Of a stretch of DNA of 32,941 bases, positions 16,967 through 26,147 are shown in pieces. Where the stretch lies: sequence record DRR723986_9091; one strand, written 5' to 3'. The position numbers were made by a program, and so were the translations under genes. Within the stretch, counting starts at the first letter, position 1. Each line of letters starts with the position of its first letter. Below the pieces are notes generated by a model, which was not told the DNA's origin, searched no databases, and worked only from the letters and a program-made list of their open reading frames with translations.

Positions 16967-17625
16967 TGCATGTGGCAAAGATTGCCGGGCGGCAGGTGGG
17001 CGCGGGCAAGCGTGAGATCGGCATTCGCGAGTTGTTGGAATGGGCGTTTCAGCGCGAGCTGGCCAGTCTCGACTTTGATGAGGTGGCGTGGGAAACCGGC
17101 GCCCGGCCCGGTGTCGGCATGGAATGGATCATGATGGAACGCGCGCGGCTTGGGTGCCGGGTTGATGGGGGTGGTCGATCGGAGCCACACCACGACGCGG
17201 ATATGGTTGCGGGTGCGTTGGCGGTGTTGCCCGAGAATTACGGTGGACGGCGTATGGCGGTGCAGATTGCCGAGTTGGCGCGATCGGGGATGTGTCCCGA
17301 TTGGATGGCTGGGGCGCGGCCTCGGTGTGAGCCGGTTGAGTGGAAACGGTCGAAACATGGGCGTTTTGCCCATCGGGAGCAGTGCAGAGACATGCAGGTG
17401 CGTTGGCCGGCGGATCAGGTTGGTGGGCGTGATGATGGATTCTGGTGTCCGGTTCGGTATTCGGACACGGCGCGGGATGTGGCGGTTGCGCGGCGTCGAT
17501 ATCTTGGATGGTATGGGGCGTTGATGGCGTTGCGTTCGACCTTTCAGGTGGGTGGTCATCTGACCTCGTTCGTGGTGACGAATAGCATGCCGATGCAACA
17601 ACCGTGGAAAGAGGGCTTGACCTGA
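16963..17625 (+). CDS. Hypothetical protein in the late-regulator (Q) position
   Basis: Last early gene before a promoter + terminator + cos; function inferred from position only. Confidence 0.65.
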   Translation: MMHVAKIAGRQVGAGKREIGIRELLEWAFQRELASLDFDEVAWETGARPGVGMEWIMMERARLGCRVDGGGRSEPHHDADMVAGALAVLPENYGGRRMAVQIAELARSGMCPDWMAGARPRCEPVEWKRSKHGRFAHREQCRDMQVRWPADQVGGRDDGFWCPVRYSDTARDVAVARRRYLGWYGALMALRSTFQVGGHLTSFVVTNSMPMQQPWKEGLT

Positions 17626-17646
17626 TTGTCAGTCTGTTGACATATT
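17617..17646 (+). promoter_or_regulatory. Putative late promoter (pR'-like)
   Basis: TTGACC(17617)-N18-CATATT, with a second TTGACA at 17637-17642. Confidence 0.45.
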
Positions 17647-17662
17647 GCACTCGAGCCAATTG

Positions 17663-17695
17663 CGCCCGAAGCGGATATCCCGCCTCGGGCGTTTT
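17663..17695 (+). terminator. tR'-like terminator
   Basis: CGCCCGA-A-GCGG...CCGC-C-TCGGGCG followed by TTTT. Confidence 0.65.
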
Positions 17696-17730
17696 GCGTT
17701 CATGATCAAATCCACACCAGAGAAAATCGC

Positions 17731-17825
17731 GGGTCCTTCCTGACGATCTGTCCGTATACGGGGCTGCGAGGCGCGTGTGTTTAGGTCGCCTAAACCAACC
17801 TGAAAGCCTAAACTAAACACTAAAC
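17731..17825 (+). other. Lambda-type cos site (cosQ, cosN, cosB-like repeats)
   Basis: GGGTCCT (17731-17737), 23 nt, GGGCTGCGAGGC (17761-17772), then five CTAAAC repeats before the small terminase ATG. Confidence 0.75.
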
Positions 17826-18467
17826 ATGCAACCAGTTACAGCAACACAACTCGCCAAAGAGATCGGCGTGTCCAAAGGGCGCGTCAGCCAGATGGTTTCT
17901 TCCGGTCAACTGGATGGCTGTTTTTCTGGGGAAGGGCGCGCACGTCGTTTCGATGTTGCAAAGGTCGCCAACGTGTTGGGGCAAAGGCTTGACCAAGGTC
18001 AGATGCTCGGAAATGGGGCGTCGACACAAGATGCGCTGACAAAGATCCGTCTTGAGCAAAAGCAACAAATGGCTGAATTGCCGCTTAGTTTTGAATCACG
18101 CGGTACTGGCGCTACCAAAGTCTCTGACGACGATCAGGACGGGTATCAGTTGGCAAGAACTGAAAAGGCGATTCAGGAAGCTCGCAAGCTTCGCCGGATG
18201 AATGCCGAAGCTGAAGGCTTGTATGTTTTGGTGTCCGAAGTCGAACTTCAGGTCAAACAGATGATGGCGCAAGAGATTGCCGAATTTGAGCAAGTCATGC
18301 GCGTAGGTGCCCGTGCTGTTGCAGACGAGTTTGGGGCTGACTTCAAAAGCGTTCGCAAAATCCTTTTGGATACCTGGCGCGAACATCGAGCGCGCCGTTC
18401 CAAACAACTAGCAGAAGCAGGGCAGGCCGTGGAACTTTCAAAAATAGAGAAAGACGAGGATATCTGA
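17826..18467 (+). CDS. Terminase small subunit (Nu1-like)
   Basis: N-terminal HTH (TATQLAKEIGVSKGRVSQMV) plus coiled coil; directly upstream of the large terminase. Confidence 0.8.
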   Translation: MQPVTATQLAKEIGVSKGRVSQMVSSGQLDGCFSGEGRARRFDVAKVANVLGQRLDQGQMLGNGASTQDALTKIRLEQKQQMAELPLSFESRGTGATKVSDDDQDGYQLARTEKAIQEARKLRRMNAEAEGLYVLVSEVELQVKQMMAQEIAEFEQVMRVGARAVADEFGADFKSVRKILLDTWREHRARRSKQLAEAGQAVELSKIEKDEDI

Positions 18468-20473
18468 TGGGCTTTCTCACTTCTGCTGCTGGCGTCATTG
18501 GTCTTTCTTTGGCCAGTGCCATGGCGCCACCGCCACCTCCGGACATTACAAAATGGTGTGAAGACAACATTGTTTTCGATGCCCGATCTCCGATGCCGGG
18601 ACCGTTTGATATCGAGCGCTTCGCATTTCTCAAAGAAATTCATGAGGTCCTGTCGCCTGAGCATCCTTGTCGAGAAGTAACGATCCAAGGGTCTGCGCAA
18701 TGGGGCAAGACGGTTTCTATCATTCAGCCGACATTGGGCGCCTGGCACAACTCAACGGCGCTGGACAGCCTTGTCGTGCATCCGACCATGTCTGCGGCGA
18801 CAGAGTGGGTCGACAACAAATGGAAACCGATGCGCCGGCAAGCGCCGGATCTTAAGCGCATATTTGGGGATGGCCTAAACAGCGGTGACAACCGGGATCA
18901 AAAATTTAACCAAGAAACGGTTGCGCGCGATGGATCGTTAAAGGTCGCCTCGGCTGGATCGCCATCAGATTTGACGGGCACGTCTCGTCGTTTGGTGGTC
19001 ATGGATGATTTGTCCAAATACGAGATGACGGACAAGGGAGATCCTGAGGCGCTTGCTGAAAGTCGCGCGAGTGGGTTTGAAGATGCCAAGATCCTCCGGG
19101 TTTCGACAGCGCTCATCAAAGGTACGTGCCGGATCTCTCGGGCTTATGCCCGAAGTGACCAACGGATTTACGAGGTTCCGTGCCCGCATTGTGACGTTTA
19201 CGCACCCCTGACTTGGGAAAATTTTGTTTTGAATATCGTTCCTGAGAATTTGGAAGATGCCCATTTTCGCTGTGAATCCTGCCAAGGCAAGATTGAGCAT
19301 AAGCACAAGGAATCAATCGTCCGCAAAGGCCGCTGGCGTGCTACCAATCCCAAAGGCGACCATCCTGGTTTTTTCCTTTGGCGGGCATACGCCCCCCAAC
19401 GTGATTGGGCTTCGATCGCGAAAGAGTATGCCCGTGTCATGGGGTGGACCCGAACTGAGGGCAAGGCAACCACAGAAGATCAAAAGCAAGCAGTTGAGGC
19501 CGAAACAGAGCAGACATTTTTCAATGATGTGTTGGGCCTTGCATATGAGCAAGCCTCGGGTGCGCCTGATTGGGAAGCGCTGCGCAACAGGATTGAAGGG
19601 GCAGATGAAATTGAAGGGGGACTCCAACCGTTGCCCGTTGGTTTCTTACCCGCCACAGGTTTTATTTTCAGCGCTGGTGTTGACTGTCAGGATGATCGAA
19701 CCGAAGTGCATTTCAAAGCGTTCGGGCGCAACCGTCAACGCTGGACCGTGGGTTACAAAATCATACCGCACCACATCGGTAGCAGTGAATGCCAGCAGAC
19801 TTTGAATTCCTACTTGGACACGGAATGGCGTACTGAGCTGGGTCACAAGGTGAAACTTGATGTCCTATCGATTGATGGTGGCACATATACCGATGATGTC
19901 TGGGATTGGGCCAAAAAACACCCTTGGAGCCGGGTGATAATTGTCAAAGGCGGAAACAGTCAGAACGGCCCAATAATGATGCCTCAGAAGTTTGAGCGTC
20001 GTGCAGATGGCAAAGCAAAGCGCCGCCAAAAACGAGCGTTTATTCTGAATGTTTCAACGATGAAGGGTCAGCTTTACAAGTGGGTCGAGCAGGAAGACCC
20101 AACAGAGCGTGGGTATTGCCATTTTGCAAAGGGTTTGGGCGATGAGTTTTATCGGCAGTTCGTTTCTGAAGTCCGGATCCTGAGTAAATCCCGAACGGGT
20201 GTCGTCTCGGCAAGCTGGGTGCTGGCTGAGCCGTCCAGGCGCAATGAAGTTCTTGATACCGAACTATATGCCGAGGCAGGCGCGCGCCGAAAGGGCTGGG
20301 CTTCTTTCACTGATGCGCAATGGGATGATCTTGAAAGCCAACGAGGCCAACCTGCGCCGGATCAGCAGCAAGATCTATTCGATGCCGAAGTGCCAGTACG
20401 CACCACCGTTACCGTAGCAAAAGCACCGTCCAAACGCCCTTCTTTATCGGAGATTTTAGCCGGAAATGACTGA
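18467..20473 (+). CDS. Terminase large subunit, lambda GpA family
   Basis: Walker A SAQWGKT, Walker B VVMDD, CPHC/CESC zinc motif, nuclease AGVDCQDDR, RNEVLD. Confidence 0.95.
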   Translation: MGFLTSAAGVIGLSLASAMAPPPPPDITKWCEDNIVFDARSPMPGPFDIERFAFLKEIHEVLSPEHPCREVTIQGSAQWGKTVSIIQPTLGAWHNSTALDSLVVHPTMSAATEWVDNKWKPMRRQAPDLKRIFGDGLNSGDNRDQKFNQETVARDGSLKVASAGSPSDLTGTSRRLVVMDDLSKYEMTDKGDPEALAESRASGFEDAKILRVSTALIKGTCRISRAYARSDQRIYEVPCPHCDVYAPLTWENFVLNIVPENLEDAHFRCESCQGKIEHKHKESIVRKGRWRATNPKGDHPGFFLWRAYAPQRDWASIAKEYARVMGWTRTEGKATTEDQKQAVEAETEQTFFNDVLGLAYEQASGAPDWEALRNRIEGADEIEGGLQPLPVGFLPATGFIFSAGVDCQDDRTEVHFKAFGRNRQRWTVGYKIIPHHIGSSECQQTLNSYLDTEWRTELGHKVKLDVLSIDGGTYTDDVWDWAKKHPWSRVIIVKGGNSQNGPIMMPQKFERRADGKAKRRQKRAFILNVSTMKGQLYKWVEQEDPTERGYCHFAKGLGDEFYRQFVSEVRILSKSRTGVVSASWVLAEPSRRNEVLDTELYAEAGARRKGWASFTDAQWDDLESQRGQPAPDQQQDLFDAEVPVRTTVTVAKAPSKRPSLSEILAGND

Positions 20474-20684
20474 TACTGAAGGATTGGAGGCGCGCCTTGC
20501 TGAAGCAGACACCGCGTTGCATCAGCTTATGCTTGGCAAAAAAGTTGTGTCTGTAGATTATGACGGAGCCGCGACCACATTCTCCAAAGCCAACGAAGGG
20601 CAATTGCGTCGATATATTCGATCCTTGAAGCGAGAATTGGGCTTGCCTCTGACGAATTCGGGATCTCGGAGGGTGTTGTTTTGA
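20466..20684 (+). CDS. Head-tail joining protein gpW-like
   Basis: LAEADTALHQLMLGKKVVSVDYDG...LRRYIRSLKRELG; lies between terminase and portal. Confidence 0.85.
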   Translation: MTDTEGLEARLAEADTALHQLMLGKKVVSVDYDGAATTFSKANEGQLRRYIRSLKRELGLPLTNSGSRRVLF

Positions 20685-22285
20685 AACCTGCAGCGGCTCG
20701 AATTCGAGAGGGTTCCGTGAAGTTGAAACCGTCCGCAATGCGTGATGCTGGTTTCAACGGGACGTCACCTTATGTTGCTGGTGATCTTGCTGCAGATACG
20801 ATGCAAGGGTTTCAGCCAACCCGTATGGCACCAGATGCGGAGATCGGCACAGGTCGCGATCAGATCACTGCTCGCGCACGTGACCTGGTGCGTAACAATG
20901 GTTGGGCTGCTGGAGCGGTTGGCAAAGAAGTCGACAGTATCATTGGCGGTAATTTCCGGCCTCTGTGTAAACCTGACTGGCGCGCTTTGGGGCTGGATGC
21001 CGATTGGTCGCGAGAGTTCAAAGAACTGGTCGAAGCTAAGTGGCGCAATTATGCGGATGACCCGCGCAAACTGGCTGATACAACGCGCAGCCAAACCGTG
21101 TCGCAGATGTTTGCAACGGCCTATCGCACCTACTTTATTGAGGGTGAGTCATTGGCGGTTCTGAATTGGCGTAAGCACCGCCCAACCCGCACCACTATGC
21201 GTTTGATCGATCCTGACCTCCTATCTAATCCCAATGATGGTGCAGATGAGCCCTATCTCAGGGGAGGGATCAACCTGTCTCGGGATGGAGCCGCTCTTGC
21301 CTATAATTTCCGTCAAGGTCATCCCAACGCCAGCTTCGACGCATTCGCGTCCTTCCAGTGGAAGCGGATTCGCCGTGAAATGCGTTCTGGACGTCCACAG
21401 GTAATCCATTTCTTTGATAAGTTGCGAGATGGCCAAACACGTGGGGTTTCGCGTTTGGCGCCGGTCATCGAGCGCTTGCGGATGGAAGACCACTATTCCA
21501 AGGTCGAATTGCAAGCTGCTGTGATCAATGCAGTCTTAGCCGCTTTCATCAAGTCTCCGATGGGGCCTGATGCGATGGATGATATGTTTAGTGAAGACCA
21601 AGCGAGTGGTGCGGGTTTTCTAAAGATGCAAAGCGAACGGGCTGACTTTTACGGCAAAAACCGAATTCGATTGGGTGGATCTCGTGTTGCCATGCTCTAT
21701 CCCAATGATGAAATTGGCATGGTCCAAACAGCTCGACCAGCTGCGCAATATGCGGAGTTTGAAAGTGCTGTATTGCGTAATATCGCCAGTGGCATAGGTA
21801 TCTCTTATGAGCAATTGGCCAGTGATTGGTCGAAGACGAACTATTCGAGCGCGCGGGCAGCGATGATTGAAATTTGGCGTGGTTGGACCACGCGCCGGAT
21901 CGCCTTTGCTCAGAACTTTTGTCAACCGTTTTTCATGGCTTGGTTGGAAGAAATGGTGATCGATGGGCATATCAAATTGCCAAGATCTGCCCCCGATTTT
22001 TATCAAAACTGGACTGCCTATTCGCGCGCGAAATGGATTGGGCCGGGTAAAGGGTTCGTGGATCCGGTCAAAGAAGCGCAAGCAGCAGCAATGCGGGTAG
22101 CGCTTGGCATGTCCACTCTTGAAGAAGAAGCCGCAGAGCTAACCGGCTCAGATTTCGCCGACAATATCGAACAGATTAACCGTGAAATCGGGTTGATGCC
22201 CAACGATGTTCTGCACCCGATGCAGGAAAGCTTTGCGAAACTTCTGGGTCACAATGGCGGGCCATCGATGAGTTCCGAGGACTAA
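20681..22285 (+). CDS. Portal protein, lambda family
   Basis: ARARDLVRNN, GQTRGVS, GISYEQLASDWSKTNYSSARA, VDPVKE; start may be 20717 or 20738. Confidence 0.95.
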   Translation: MKPAAARIREGSVKLKPSAMRDAGFNGTSPYVAGDLAADTMQGFQPTRMAPDAEIGTGRDQITARARDLVRNNGWAAGAVGKEVDSIIGGNFRPLCKPDWRALGLDADWSREFKELVEAKWRNYADDPRKLADTTRSQTVSQMFATAYRTYFIEGESLAVLNWRKHRPTRTTMRLIDPDLLSNPNDGADEPYLRGGINLSRDGAALAYNFRQGHPNASFDAFASFQWKRIRREMRSGRPQVIHFFDKLRDGQTRGVSRLAPVIERLRMEDHYSKVELQAAVINAVLAAFIKSPMGPDAMDDMFSEDQASGAGFLKMQSERADFYGKNRIRLGGSRVAMLYPNDEIGMVQTARPAAQYAEFESAVLRNIASGIGISYEQLASDWSKTNYSSARAAMIEIWRGWTTRRIAFAQNFCQPFFMAWLEEMVIDGHIKLPRSAPDFYQNWTAYSRAKWIGPGKGFVDPVKEAQAAAMRVALGMSTLEEEAAELTGSDFADNIEQINREIGLMPNDVLHPMQESFAKLLGHNGGPSMSSED

Positions 22286-22289
22286 CATA

Positions 22290-23687
22290 ATGAAATATCC
22301 AGAAATTGCGCAGCGTGTGTTTCACACGCCCCTTCTTGCTGCGCCCGCGAAAGCTGCGGCCTTTGTTAAGGGCCTTGGCCCGCGTCTGTTGAGTGCAGAC
22401 AGCGTTGAAGTCGTTGGGATCTCTGAAAACGGCGAAATCCGACCCTCTGCCAAACCCTATGCCTCTTTGTTGGATGACCGACTTGGGGCGGAAATTCGAG
22501 CTGGGGGCCGGGATGCTTATCGGATGCTGGAAGGGGCAGCGATTATTCCAATCACGGGATCCCTGATTCATCGGGGCGCGTGGGTTGGCAGTTTCTCAGG
22601 GGAAACGTCCTACGAGGGAATTGGCGCTCAGCTTGATGCTGCAGTTGAAGATCGATCGGTTCGTGGAATCGCGTTGGAGATTGATAGCTATGGAGGTGAG
22701 GTCGCAGGCTGCTTTGATCTAGCCGATCGCATTCGTGCCGCGCGTGAACACAAGCCAGTGCATGCCTTTGTTTGCGATCACGCTTTTTCGGCAGCGTATG
22801 CTCTGGCCTCTCAGGCTGATCATGTGGTGATCCCACGCGCCGGTGGCGTCGGGTCGATCGGGGTAATCTGTTTGCACATGGATTATAGCCAGCAGCTCGA
22901 AACTGTCGGGGTGCGGGTGTCGGTGATCGCAGCGGGTGATCACAAAGGAGACGCCAATCCTTACGAGCCTTTGCCGGATGAAGTGCGAGAAAACCTGCAA
23001 GCCGAGATGGAGGCGTTGCGGGTTCTTTTTGCTGAAACCGTCGGAGAAGGTCGTGGCGACAGGTTCGCAACATCAGATGCATTGGCGAGCGAGGCGGGCT
23101 GTTTCCTGGGTCAGAACGCGATTGAGCTTGGTCTTGCGGATGAAGTTGCGAACCCACGTGAAGCTTTCGAGCGGTTCATCGCTCAGATCAACGGGCAGGG
23201 TAGCAGCTCGCCCATCATAGCAAGCCAAAAAGGAAATCAATCCATGGGCACGAAACCTAAAAACTCTCCTGGTGCGGATGTTGAGACACCTGAAACCGAA
23301 GATGAAACCCCGCCACAAGAACCGATTTCTGATGGGGATGAAGGCCAAGATGACGAAGCGTCTGAGCAAGAAGCTGAACCGGATGCATCGGCACCTGATA
23401 CCGCGCCTGCTGCAGGTGATGACCCGGCAAAGCGCATCGAAGCGATCCTGTATTGCAGCGAAGCAGAAGGCCGCGAAGACATGGCGCGCACTTTGGCCTT
23501 CAAGAATTCGATGTCTGCTGCAGAGGCACAGGTGCTTTTGGCCTCAGCGCCTAAGGGGCAGACCACTGGCGGTTTGAGCCAGTCCATGGACGCGCATGCT
23601 GAGGAGACGGATCTTGATCTGCCCCCGTCGGGTCAGGGAGAGGAGAATCCGGTTTTAGCCGCGGTTCGCCAAGCAAACGGCAAGTAA
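22290..23687 (+). CDS. S49-family head maturation protease (gpC-like) with C-terminal scaffold domain
   Basis: IDSYGGEV, AFSAAYALAS, VGSIGV, HKGDANPYEPL. Confidence 0.92.
   Translation: MKYPEIAQRVFHTPLLAAPAKAAAFVKGLGPRLLSADSVEVVGISENGEIRPSAKPYASLLDDRLGAEIRAGGRDAYRMLEGAAIIPITGSLIHRGAWVGSFSGETSYEGIGAQLDAAVEDRSVRGIALEIDSYGGEVAGCFDLADRIRAAREHKPVHAFVCDHAFSAAYALASQADHVVIPRAGGVGSIGVICLHMDYSQQLETVGVRVSVIAAGDHKGDANPYEPLPDEVRENLQAEMEALRVLFAETVGEGRGDRFATSDALASEAGCFLGQNAIELGLADEVANPREAFERFIAQINGQGSSSPIIASQKGNQSMGTKPKNSPGADVETPETEDETPPQEPISDGDEGQDDEASEQEAEPDASAPDTAPAAGDDPAKRIEAILYCSEAEGREDMARTLAFKNSMSAAEAQVLLASAPKGQTTGGLSQSMDAHAEETDLDLPPSGQGEENPVLAAVRQANGK
23244..23687 (+). CDS. Nested scaffolding protein (Nu3-like) from an internal in-frame start
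   Basis: AAGGA RBS (23230-23234) before the in-frame ATG 23244, at the start of the acidic region. Confidence 0.6.
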   Translation: MGTKPKNSPGADVETPETEDETPPQEPISDGDEGQDDEASEQEAEPDASAPDTAPAAGDDPAKRIEAILYCSEAEGREDMARTLAFKNSMSAAEAQVLLASAPKGQTTGGLSQSMDAHAEETDLDLPPSGQGEENPVLAAVRQANGK

Positions 23688-23739
23688 GGCTCAACTGAGC
23701 TTTAGGCCACCAATCTGAATTCAAATTGGAGATGAAAAC

Positions 23740-24105
23740 ATGCCTACATTGACAGAGGGTAAGACGCCTGGTGATTGGTTGCTTTTTGAAGAAAGCAACC
23801 TGTTTTCACGCGATCAGGGAGTTATCACTGGCGGTGATTACCAATCCGGAACCGTGTTGGGGCGGATCACCGCAAACAAAAAACTGACTGAATGTGATCC
23901 CTCGGCTGGTGACGGCTCGGAAACCGCCGTCGCGGTGTTGCATGCTGATGTAAATGCAGCAGCTGCAGATGCGCCGGGTCTGTTGATCGCACGTCACGCC
24001 CAAGTGAGCCGTCAGGGGCTTGGTTTTGGCGCCGGGTTCACAACGAAAGCCCAACGAGACGCCGCCGTGGATCAGCTCAAGGTGCAAGGCATCATCGCGA
24101 TCTGA
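23740..24105 (+). CDS. Head decoration protein (gpD-like)
   Basis: SRDQ...GTVLGRIT...DGSETAVAVL; lies between protease and capsid. Confidence 0.88.
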   Translation: MPTLTEGKTPGDWLLFEESNLFSRDQGVITGGDYQSGTVLGRITANKKLTECDPSAGDGSETAVAVLHADVNAAAADAPGLLIARHAQVSRQGLGFGAGFTTKAQRDAAVDQLKVQGIIAI

Positions 24106-24179
24106 TCGCCCCTTCCCCATACGTTCATCTAACTAGAACGCCCCATTGAGGGCAATCAACGCTGAGAAAAGGAGCCATC

Positions 24180-25211
24180 ATGGCCCATATCAATATTTTT
24201 GCGAACGACGCATTTCGGGCTGTGAGTTTGTCCGAAGCCGTCAATGAAATCCCAAATCAGTGGGGCCGGGTTGGGCAGATGGGTGTGTTCACTCCGAAAC
24301 CGATCCGGGGCGAGTCCTTTTCGATCGAAAACAAAGGCGGTGTGTTGCAACTGATCAGTTCCTCTGAGCGAGGAACCCCCCTGCCGGGTGCTAAGCGCCC
24401 CAAACGCAAAATGCGCTTATTCAGCACAGAGCGGTTCGGCCTGAAATCGCGCATTACACCAACTGATCTGGATGGTATCCGGGCATTTGGGTCTGAAACA
24501 GAACTCAAACAAGTTGCTGCTGAAGTTGCTGAGCGGCAAACTGATCTACGTGGTTCCGTTGATGTGACGCGCGAATTCCTGCGTTGTGGGGCTTTGCAGG
24601 GCATTGTTTTGGATGCGGACGGAACGGAGATCGTCAACCTTTACGATGCGTTTGGCATTACCCGCAAAGAAGTCAATTTCGGTCTGGCCAATTCAGCGAC
24701 CAAATTGGGGTCCAAAGCAGAAGAAGTTGTTGATCATATCCGGGTCAATCTCGTTGGGGATGTAATGACGTCGGTGCATGCATTGTGTGGCCCGGAGTAT
24801 TGGGGCGGAATGATGGAGCATGATGATTTTCGCGCTCGGTTTACCAACTTTGAAAATTCTCGGGGCGCTGATCCTGAGCGGGCAAATGTCTCGGGTGGTT
24901 TCGAGTGGAAGGGCATTGTCTGGGAGAAGTATCTGGCTGAAGCTCCAGTGCCGCAGGAAGACGGTTCGGTGATTGTGCAGAAATTTGTGCCCTCAGATGA
25001 AGCGGTGTTTTTTCCTGGGGGCACACGCCAAACCTTTCGGGAATACAACGGCTCGGCAGACTATATGTCGATGGTGAACCAACCGGGTAAGCCATTCTAT
25101 TCGAATGTATTCCCAGACAAACAAGAAGACCGTTTTGTTGACGTGGAAGTCATGATGCAAACCTTGCCGATGTGTTTGCGTCCTGGAACATTGGTGCGCG
25201 GTCGCGCCTAA
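24180..25211 (+). CDS. Major capsid protein, lambda gpE family
   Basis: FANDAFRAVSLSEAVN, IRAFGSE, TREFLRCGAL.G, QTLPMCLRP. Confidence 0.92.
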   Translation: MAHINIFANDAFRAVSLSEAVNEIPNQWGRVGQMGVFTPKPIRGESFSIENKGGVLQLISSSERGTPLPGAKRPKRKMRLFSTERFGLKSRITPTDLDGIRAFGSETELKQVAAEVAERQTDLRGSVDVTREFLRCGALQGIVLDADGTEIVNLYDAFGITRKEVNFGLANSATKLGSKAEEVVDHIRVNLVGDVMTSVHALCGPEYWGGMMEHDDFRARFTNFENSRGADPERANVSGGFEWKGIVWEKYLAEAPVPQEDGSVIVQKFVPSDEAVFFPGGTRQTFREYNGSADYMSMVNQPGKPFYSNVFPDKQEDRFVDVEVMMQTLPMCLRPGTLVRGRA

Positions 25212-25239
25212 AAGCACGGCCACAATATTTAATCTGACC

Positions 25240-25273
25240 AATGCCGATGCAGAAATGCGTCGGCATTTTTTTT
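25240..25273 (+). terminator. Rho-independent terminator after the capsid gene
   Basis: AATGCCGATGCA-GAAA-TGCGTCGGCATT followed by a T-run. Confidence 0.85.
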
Positions 25274-25284
25274 GGAGCTAAACC

Positions 25285-25842
25285 ATGACTGATACCAAGA
25301 AGACCGTATTCGCCCACATTACTGAACAATTTCGCCGAAAACTGGACAGTTCTCGCAGCCAGGTTCTGCCGACCGGTTGGAACGGTGAAGTCTCATTGGC
25401 TGTTGCCAAAGAAATTGAAGATGAAGGCGCTGGATTTTTTGCGGACACGCTGGAGGATCTGCAGGCGATGGTGTGGGATGGTTCAAAACCAAAATCCGCT
25501 CGCGCCCGCAAAAAGCCAACTCGCGCCCGCAAAAAGCCAACTCGCGCACGCAAAAAACCAGCTGCAGCTGACGCAGGTTCGGATGGTTCCACGTCGCAAG
25601 CAAAAGAAGGACCGGACAGTGATGCCGGTGAGGCTCTGAAAAGCGACAAGCAGGGCGTTGAGCAGGATCCTGAAGGGGATGACGCAGGTTCGGATGGTTC
25701 CACGACGCAAGCAAAAGAAGGGCCGGACAGTGATGCCGGTGAGGCTTTGAAAAGCGACAAGCAGGGCACTGAGCAGGATCCTGAAGGGGATGACGCTTCA
25801 GACCAAGCGACCTCGACCGAAGACGCAGGCGAAAACGCGTGA
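25285..25842 (+). CDS. Low-complexity protein in the lambda FI position, with tandem repeats
   Basis: GGAG RBS; three basic heptad repeats and two acidic 37-aa repeats. Confidence 0.75.
   Translation: MTDTKKTVFAHITEQFRRKLDSSRSQVLPTGWNGEVSLAVAKEIEDEGAGFFADTLEDLQAMVWDGSKPKSARARKKPTRARKKPTRARKKPAAADAGSDGSTSQAKEGPDSDAGEALKSDKQGVEQDPEGDDAGSDGSTTQAKEGPDSDAGEALKSDKQGTEQDPEGDDASDQATSTEDAGENA
25501..25563 (+). repeat. 3 x 21-bp tandem repeat
   Basis: CGCGCCCGCAAAAAGCCAACT twice plus one variant copy (RARKKPT). Confidence 0.95.
25570..25791 (+). repeat. 2 x 111-bp tandem repeat
   Basis: GACGCAGGTTCGGATGGTTCCACG... starts at 25570 and 25681; the copies are near-identical. Confidence 0.95.
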
Positions 25843-26147
25843 ATTTTGCTGCGCAACTAAACATCGATGCTGTGTTCGACACCTTGGGTGTCCGAGCGCG
25901 GCTAGATCCGGATGGGGTCGATAAAGGTGTTTTGCTGGTTCCGTCATTGGCGGATGATGACGCCCGATTTGCGAGTGTAGAAGTGGTCGATGCTTCGGGT
26001 GTCTATGAGATCCGAAAGGCGGATTGGGTCGGGTTTGCCGACGGTTTGATTGTTGTGGTTGGAAATGAGCGGCGCCTTGTGCAGTCCCATAGGGTGCGCG
26101 ATAGCCGCCGGCTAAAAGTCGTTCTGAACACCGTATTGGTGGACTGA
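25839..26147 (+). CDS. Head-tail joining protein (FII position)
   Basis: Size, gene order and stop/start overlaps. Confidence 0.65.
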   Translation: MNFAAQLNIDAVFDTLGVRARLDPDGVDKGVLLVPSLADDDARFASVEVVDASGVYEIRKADWVGFADGLIVVVGNERRLVQSHRVRDSRRLKVVLNTVLVD

